From Spirochaetia bacterium (lineage in GTDB: Bacteria > Spirochaetota > Spirochaetia > SZUA-6 > Bin103): 64,000 nt of DNA. The stretch lies in NCBI GenBank assembly GCA_965203905.1, contig CBDBDQ010000005.1, positions 992,001 to 1,056,000 on the forward strand. Reading direction: 5' to 3'. The notes under the pieces are model-generated. The model did not search any database and was not told the origin of the DNA. It saw only the letters and a list, made by a program, of their open reading frames with translations. Shown here one piece after another: positions 58,321-64,000 of this stretch; the stretch's first letter is position 1, and each line of letters starts with the position of its first letter. The position numbers and the translations under genes are program-made.

Positions 58321-58473
58321 TTGCCGCAGCTGACCAGTTTGCCGCGTACCGTGATGCGCCCTTGGTGAAGCTGACCTCCACGCGGATCTGCGTTTCGTCC
58401 CATCCGGCCCAGCGTAGGGTGAGGGTGATAAACTGGTGCAGATGTCGCGTTGGGCGAGGTCTCTCTTGTTCAT
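58320..58473 (-). pseudogene. hsdR: 5' fragment of type I restriction subunit HsdR (EcoAI/EcoEI-like), frameshifted
   Basis: MNKRDLAQRDICT../AGWDETQIRVEVSFTKGRITVRGKLVS across frames. Confidence 0.75.
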
Positions 58474-59323
58474 CGTTTCAGCGGCGGCCCGGCGCTTGGC
58501 CGCGCCGGCGCTCCACGGCGGGCGGCGCCGGCGGACGCTACGGACGCTTTCGTATGGGACCACCTGCACCCCGCTTCAGTATACTACTCCCGTGCCTCGA
58601 CCGTGCGGCGGGCGACCAGTGGCCGTCGCCGCAGCAATCCAGGATACGAAGCGTTCAACAAGGAACGAGCGGCCCGTGCGCTGAACGACGCGACAGGCCA
58701 ACGGAGCGGCCGATTACCTGCGCGGGGTGCTTATAGATTCAGTCAGAGAGCCAGATCGCGTCATCGGCGCCGAAGTCATTCCGTGCTGTCGCGATGATCG
58801 CGAACCCGGATACCGGCTGCTTCGCGGAGCGCGCGTGGCAGTCCTTGGAACAGGAACTCGACGTTGCCAGCAAGTACGTCGAGGAGTTTGGCGAAACCGC
58901 ATATGCGTCGATGGACGCAATATCCGACGTTGCTACGGATCCACCGAGGGCAACCGGCGGCTACAAACTTCATTCGCAGGGAGCGGGACGCCCTACAACG
59001 GTTGACCGGTGTCTGGCTACTAGCGAGCTTCAGCACGATCGTCAGCAGAAGGCTCTCGCAGCCTACTTGGCGAATCCTTCGGCCGATGTCCATCGGAACA
59101 TACTCGAGCCGACTCGTGACGACGTGGGCGGTCGAAAGTTTGCCGCGAACGTGGCGGCCGCCGTCGGACACATCTCGATGCCAGCAACCATCACCACGCC
59201 CGCGAGCCGGCTCCCGTATGAAGCTGCTCCTCCAACTATATGTCGATCCGTATCTCCGATCAATTCCTTATGACGAAACCCCCGAACAAGCGCCTTGGCC
59301 GCACAGCACGGCACGTCGCTGCT

Positions 59324-59584
59324 TTACTCTGCCGCTCGGGGCAGAGCACCTCCGGCTCTGCCGAAAATGACCTCATCCGAGTCTTCGTCAAGATGCTTGC
59401 TGGTAACGTGCATTTGTCGACGGTAGGGTGGAGCCAACGTGTACCCTCGTGGGGAGAGTCCTTGCTTGCGAAGCGCTTGCAGAAGGTCTCTGGCCTCGCG
59501 CACTTTCTCAAGGTCGACCTTCGGATTGTTTCGCATCACCTTGTCGATATCGACCCCGCCGTCACCGGTAGGCGAGTGGAACAT
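59324..59584 (-). CDS. Small hypothetical protein overlapping the protease gene end
   Basis: AGGAGG-containing RBS before ATG 59584. Overlaps the protease 3' end by 23 nt. Confidence 0.5.
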   Translation of the reverse strand: MFHSPTGDGGVDIDKVMRNNPKVDLEKVREARDLLQALRKQGLSPRGYTLAPPYRRQMHVTSKHLDEDSDEVIFGRAGGALPRAAE

Positions 59585-60497
59585 AGCTCCCCCTCCTGTG
59601 CAGCACCGCCGCATGTCGCAAGCGGCTCATGTAGTCTCGCAGCAGCTTTCCGTAGAGTCGGATGCTCTCACTCAGTGTGGACACTTCGCCGAAGTCTTCT
59701 ATGCGCAGATTCAGATCCTTCCTCAGTACTTCCATGGATATTCCCCTTCCGTGAGAATGCCAGTAGCCGGAATCACTCAGCTTCCTGGCGATCGCCTGAG
59801 CGCGGCGCTTACGCATCTGATCGTTGACGCGTGTTCCCTTCGTCTCCGTCTTTCTCCAATTCCTGAACTTGTACCTGACGAGCCACTCCTTCAGCAGGCT
59901 GACAGACAACTCACGGGCCTGCTCATAACGGTACAGGTCGGCCGGATCGAACTTCTCGACGAGCAATGTCAACTCCGCTGTATTCAGTGTCCCGTTCTCG
60001 GCCTTTCTGAGTAGCCGGTCGAACTGGATCAGATATCCGAGAGCCGGCACCTGCCTGCCGCTGGAGTTCTCCACCTGAGGATCGATTGGTCCAAGAATCG
60101 AAAAGTAGTCCATGTAGATGCTGTCGCCTGACATCACCAACACGGTCCCGGCTGACATTGCATGGCTCGGTACCACGAACTCGACCCGGTCGTAGTGGTG
60201 GCGAAGCGTCTCCGCGATCCTTTGAACGACTTCAATGTAACCCCCGGCTGTCTCCAGTACGACGACAAGCTTCTTTCTCCTTTCGGGGGTGCCGGCGACA
60301 CTCTCGACTGCGTCGCGGAACACCTCCTCGCATCCGAACAGCAGGCTGCCGACAAAGCAGATGACATCGCCGTCCATGAGGTCTTCGATTGCCCTGATCC
60401 GCTCATCAAGCTGGCCCTCAATGATCTTCTCTGGTGGCGAGTGCACCGATACGTCCGACACGCCGCCTGCTACCTCCAGTGCTCGGTACGAAGCCAT
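59562..60497 (-). CDS. SDH_sah / ClpP-class serine protease (start approximate)
   Basis: LETAGG, AMSAGTVL..GD.IYM..SILGPIDPQ, WHSHGR.I. Confidence 0.82.
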   Translation of the reverse strand: MASYRALEVAGGVSDVSVHSPPEKIIEGQLDERIRAIEDLMDGDVICFVGSLLFGCEEVFRDAVESVAGTPERRKKLVVVLETAGGYIEVVQRIAETLRHHYDRVEFVVPSHAMSAGTVLVMSGDSIYMDYFSILGPIDPQVENSSGRQVPALGYLIQFDRLLRKAENGTLNTAELTLLVEKFDPADLYRYEQARELSVSLLKEWLVRYKFRNWRKTETKGTRVNDQMRKRRAQAIARKLSDSGYWHSHGRGISMEVLRKDLNLRIEDFGEVSTLSESIRLYGKLLRDYMSRLRHAAVLHRRGSYVPLAYR

Positions 60498-60679
60498 CGC
60501 AGCTGAGCGAACTTCGTTGTAATTGTAATGCATCTGGATCCGGGCAGCATCCAATTGGAGTACCGCCGGCGGAACGCCAACCGCTGTCCGTGAGCAGGCC
60601 GGTAGCGATGACGGCTGGAAGTTGGACCCGGAGCCATGTTGCAGAGCTTGGGGTTGGCAGGGTGGCATGTCAAGCTGGG

Positions 60680-60891
60680 GCCGTGGTGGTCGTGGCCGCA
60701 CTCACGCGCACGGACTGGTCTCCGAACTGGAGGCGTTGCGCGAGCGGGGACGGAGTGCCTGCCAACTGCGTCGTGAGCTTCGACAATCTCCGCCACCGTC
60801 GGCGAGTCGCTTCGGCGCCGCGTCACCCGGCTCGGCGCGCCGCCCATGACGGAGGCATGCCGGGCCGGCCCTCCGCGACGCCGGCTGTTGA
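60680..60891 (+). pseudogene. mazF: Decayed 3' two-thirds copy of mazF (direct repeat of 47440-47655)
   Basis: Shared blocks GTGGCCGCACTCACGCGCA, CGGACTGGTCTCCGAACTG, CTGCGTCGTGAGCTTCGACAA, GTCGCTTCGGCGCCGC, GGAGGCATGCCG, with several indels. Confidence 0.88.
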
Positions 60892-60903
60892 TGGAGTCAC
60901 GGC

Positions 60904-62511
60904 CTATGCCTTTCCGGAGGGGCGGTCGAGGGAGTCGTTGCGGTAGTGGCTGCCGAGGCTATGCGGGTTGCGCAGCGCGGCGTAGGTCACCAGCAGCGCG
61001 GTCTGCACGGCGTTGCGCAGGGTGAGCAGCCTCGGGGTGAGGCGGTTGTCGGCGTAGAAGCTGTCGACCTCGTTCTTCAGCTCGCGCAGCAGGTTGGTGG
61101 CGCGGTCCAGCCGCTTGCCGGTGCGCACCAGCCCGACGTAGTTCCACATCGTGTTGCGGATCAGGCTGAGGTCCTGGGTGATCAGCTCGTCGTCGGCCTC
61201 GGCGCCGGGCATCTCCCACGAGCGCACCTCCGGCAGGTGGAAGTCGGCGCCGCCGGCGATCTCGGCCGCGTGCTGCCGCGCGGCCTGGGCGCCCATCACC
61301 ACGCACTCCAGCAGCGACGTGCTGGCCAGCCGGTTGGCCCCGTGCAGCCCGGTACAGGCGGTCTCGCCGATGGCGCTGAGGTGGGCGATGTTGCTGTTGC
61401 CGGCCATGTCGGTGTGGATGCCCCCACAGGCGTAGTGGGCCGCGGGTACCACCGGAATCGGCTCCTGCGTCATGTCCACCCCGGCGGCCAGCAGGCGCTC
61501 GTTGATGGTGGGAAAGCGGCCGCGCACGTAGTCCGCATCCACCGTGGACAGGTCGATGTAGACCGAATCGCTGGCGCTTCGCAGCAGCTCGGTGTGGATC
61601 GAGCGCGCGATCACGTCGCGCGGCGCCAGCGACCCTTGTGGGTGATAGCGCTCCATGAACGCCGTGCCCTCGTGGTTGATCAGCACCCCACCCTCGCCGC
61701 GCACCGCCTCCGACACCAGGAACGGGCGCTCTCCCGGACGGTGGAACACGGTGGGGTGGAACTGCACGTACTCCAGGTCGATCACCCGCGCGCCCACGCG
61801 GTAGGCCATGGCGATGCCGTGGCCGAAGGCGCCGCCGTCGTTGGTGCTGTGCAGGTAGATCTGGCCGAGCCCGCCGGTGGCCAGCACCGTCTTCCTGGCC
61901 ACGATGGCGCGCACCTGCCCCTGCGCCACGTCCAGCACGTAGGCGCCGACGCAGCTCAACGGACGGTAGCGGTCGAGGAAGTCCACCGAGCTGTGCGAAA
62001 GCGTGAGCAGATCCACCGCGAAGGCCCCGGTGGCCAGCGTCAGGCTGCCACCGCCGGGCAGCGCGCCGGCGGCGGCCAGCTCGGCCAGCCGCGCGTGCAG
62101 GGAGCCGAGGATGGCGCGCCCGGTGTGGTCCTTGGCGTAGATGATGCGGTGACGCGAGTGCGACCCCTCGCGGGTGAACCTCAGCTTCCCGGCGGCATCG
62201 CGGTCGAAGCCGACCTGGAGGTCGTCGATCAGCAGCTCGCGCACCACGCGCGGGCCATCTTCGATTACGGCATCCACCGCCGCCGGGTTGGCGGAGTGGG
62301 CGCTGGCGGCGTCGATGTCGGCGCGCAGCAGGTCGCCGTCCACCTCGTCGAAGATGATGCCCCCCTGTGCCCACAGGCTGTTGCTGGCCTGCAGCTCCTC
62401 GGCGCCGGTGATCAGGGTGACGTGGAGGCCGGCGCGGGCCGCCTGCAGCGCGTAGACCGCACCCGCCAGGCCGGCGCCGATCACCAGGCAGTCGCTGCGG
62501 GTGGTGGTCAC
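60904..62511 (-). CDS. nadB: L-aspartate oxidase
   Basis: [53 protein letters not shown]. Confidence 0.95.
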   Translation of the reverse strand: MTTTRSDCLVIGAGLAGAVYALQAARAGLHVTLITGAEELQASNSLWAQGGIIFDEVDGDLLRADIDAASAHSANPAAVDAVIEDGPRVVRELLIDDLQVGFDRDAAGKLRFTREGSHSRHRIIYAKDHTGRAILGSLHARLAELAAAGALPGGGSLTLATGAFAVDLLTLSHSSVDFLDRYRPLSCVGAYVLDVAQGQVRAIVARKTVLATGGLGQIYLHSTNDGGAFGHGIAMAYRVGARVIDLEYVQFHPTVFHRPGERPFLVSEAVRGEGGVLINHEGTAFMERYHPQGSLAPRDVIARSIHTELLRSASDSVYIDLSTVDADYVRGRFPTINERLLAAGVDMTQEPIPVVPAAHYACGGIHTDMAGNSNIAHLSAIGETACTGLHGANRLASTSLLECVVMGAQAARQHAAEIAGGADFHLPEVRSWEMPGAEADDELITQDLSLIRNTMWNYVGLVRTGKRLDRATNLLRELKNEVDSFYADNRLTPRLLTLRNAVQTALLVTYAALRNPHSLGSHYRNDSLDRPSGKA

Positions 62512-63347
62512 CGCCGCCCCAGGAAGTCGAGCCCGAGATCGGGCCGCCGCGCCGCGGCGGTGATGGCGCTGGTGGAGATCACCTGGGCGCCAGCGGCGGC
62601 GTAGTCGGCCAGGGTTTCCAGGGTGACGCCGCCGGACACCTCGACGATGGCCCGCGCCGCCACCATCGCTACCGCCTCCCGTACCGTCTCCGGGCTCATG
62701 TTGTCGAGCAGGATGACGTCGGCCCCCGCCGCCACCGCCTCCTGCACCTGGGTCAGGGTGTCGGTCTCCACCTCGATGCGGGCGACGTGCGGCGCCTGCG
62801 CCCGCGCCTGGCGCACCGCGGCGGTGATGCCGCCCGCCACCGCGATGTGGTTGTCCTTGATCAGCACGCAGTCGGCCAGCGAGGCGCGGTGGTTGCGGCC
62901 GCCGCCGCAGCGTACCGCGTACTTCTCCAGCTCGCGCAGCCCGGGCGTGGTCTTGCGCGTCTCGCACACCACCGCCGCCGTACCGCGCAGCCGCTCCACG
63001 TAGCTGCGGGTGGCGGTGGCGACGCCCGAGAGGTGCTGCAGCAGGTTGAGCGCGGTGCGCTCGGCGGCCAGGATCGGCTGCGCCCGGCCGGCCACGTACA
63101 GCAGCCGCTGCCCCGCCTCCGCGGCGGCGCCGTCGGCCAGCGCCAGCTCCACGTTGAGGTCGGGATCGAGGCGCCAGAACACGTGCGCGGCGATCTCGCC
63201 GCCGCTCACCACCAGCGGCTCGCGCGCCACCACCGCCGCCCGGCACTCGGCGCGGTCGGGTATGACTGCGGAGCCGGTCACGTCGCCCAGCCCCAGGTCC
63301 TCCTCCAGGGCGGCCTCGATCACGCGCCGAGCGGAGAACGGGATCAT
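62508..63347 (-). CDS. nadC: Quinolinate phosphoribosyltransferase
   Basis: [40 protein letters not shown]. Confidence 0.96.
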   Translation of the reverse strand: MIPFSARRVIEAALEEDLGLGDVTGSAVIPDRAECRAAVVAREPLVVSGGEIAAHVFWRLDPDLNVELALADGAAAEAGQRLLYVAGRAQPILAAERTALNLLQHLSGVATATRSYVERLRGTAAVVCETRKTTPGLRELEKYAVRCGGGRNHRASLADCVLIKDNHIAVAGGITAAVRQARAQAPHVARIEVETDTLTQVQEAVAAGADVILLDNMSPETVREAVAMVAARAIVEVSGGVTLETLADYAAAGAQVISTSAITAAARRPDLGLDFLGRR

Positions 63348-63363
63348 CCGGGTGCGGTCCTTT

Positions 63364-64000
63364 TCAGTCCGTGAGCTCGAACATGCGCTCGATGCAGCGC
63401 AGCGCCGCCACCCGCACCGTCTCGTCCAGCTCGATGATCTGGTGCGGCTGCGGATCCACCAGCACGTCGCGGATCTTCTTCAGGCTGTTGAGCTTCATGT
63501 AGGGGCACAGGCGGCAGGAGCCGATGAACTGCTTGCCGGGGTTTTCCACCTCGACGCGGCTCACCAGCCCGCACTCGGTGAGCAGCATGAAGTAGGTGGC
63601 GTCGGTCGCGCGCACGTACTCCATCATCTTGCCGGTGCTGCCCACGAAGTCGCTGGCGGCGGTTACGTCGGTGGGACACTCCGGGTGGCTGACCACCTTG
63701 ACCCCCGGGTAGCGGGCCCGCGCCTGCGCGATCGCCTCCACCGTGAACTGGTCGTGCACCAGGCAGGTGCCGTCGGAGCTGTGGATCACCTTGTCGCTGC
63801 CGCGCGCCGTCATCTCGCGGCTGATGTTGGCCGCCATCAGGCGATCGGGCACGAACAGGATCTCGCGCTGCGGCAGGCGTTCGATGATGGAGTAGACGTT
63901 GCCGGAGGTGACGCACACGTCGCTGGCCGCCTTCACCTCGGCGGAGCTGTTGATGTAGCACACCACCGCCGCCTCCGGGTGGCGCCCCTTCAGCTCCCGC
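63364..64000 (-). CDS. nadA: Quinolinate synthase, 5' end outside window
   Basis: YINSSAEVKA, CVTSGN, CLVH, HPEC, GSTG, CPYMK. Confidence 0.95.
   Translation of the reverse strand, partial: RELKGRHPEAAVVCYINSSAEVKAASDVCVTSGNVYSIIERLPQREILFVPDRLMAANISREMTARGSDKVIHSSDGTCLVHDQFTVEAIAQARARYPGVKVVSHPECPTDVTAASDFVGSTGKMMEYVRATDATYFMLLTECGLVSRVEVENPGKQFIGSCRLCPYMKLNSLKKIRDVLVDPQPHQIIELDETVRVAALRCIERMFELTD

Noticed and set aside
41534-60900. Integron, prophage or ICE as the explanation for the island
   Set aside because: No integrase, attC-like repeats, phage structural genes, relaxase or transposase were recognised in the window.

Overview
High-GC bacterial chromosomal window, probably a marine Spirochaetota lineage (inferred from the 'AGGGGEE'-type PstS leader, FabV/Ter, the Na+-pumping decarboxylase and many decayed AAA/TA cassettes). 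Housekeeping genes are aroA (partial), ridA, purA, pyrG, xylA, fba, rlmN, aceE/aceF/lpdA, tkt, fabV, trpB2, trmH, recQ, an mmdA/D/C/B-like operon and nadA/C/B. Accessory blocks: (1) 1.5-5.0 kb, an orphan SPPY DNA methyltransferase, a 20-codon stub, a deleted AlbA regulator and an AAA_14 ATPase. (2) 16-19.5 kb, an Rpn-like gene plus a pstS-arsC/aquaporin module that splits the PDH operon; pstS and the aquaporin gene each have a near-identical four-repeat, 11-bp-period Pho-like box. (3) A 29.8-31.4 kb AlbA regulator with an operator-like repeat array. (4) A ~19 kb defence-type island (41.5-60.9 kb) full of gene remnants. It holds an intact ABC-ATPase + PD-(D/E)XK pair, mazEF, an SDH/ClpP-like protease with a small partner, and an intact, tightly coupled SNF2 helicase - Mre11/SbcD nuclease - SMC/SbcC ATPase operon lying between an intact mazF and a decayed mazF 3' copy. 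That operon is the best candidate for an undescribed system. No rRNA, tRNA, CRISPR array, integrase or intact transposase was recognised. All family assignments come from motif recognition by eye, not database searches.
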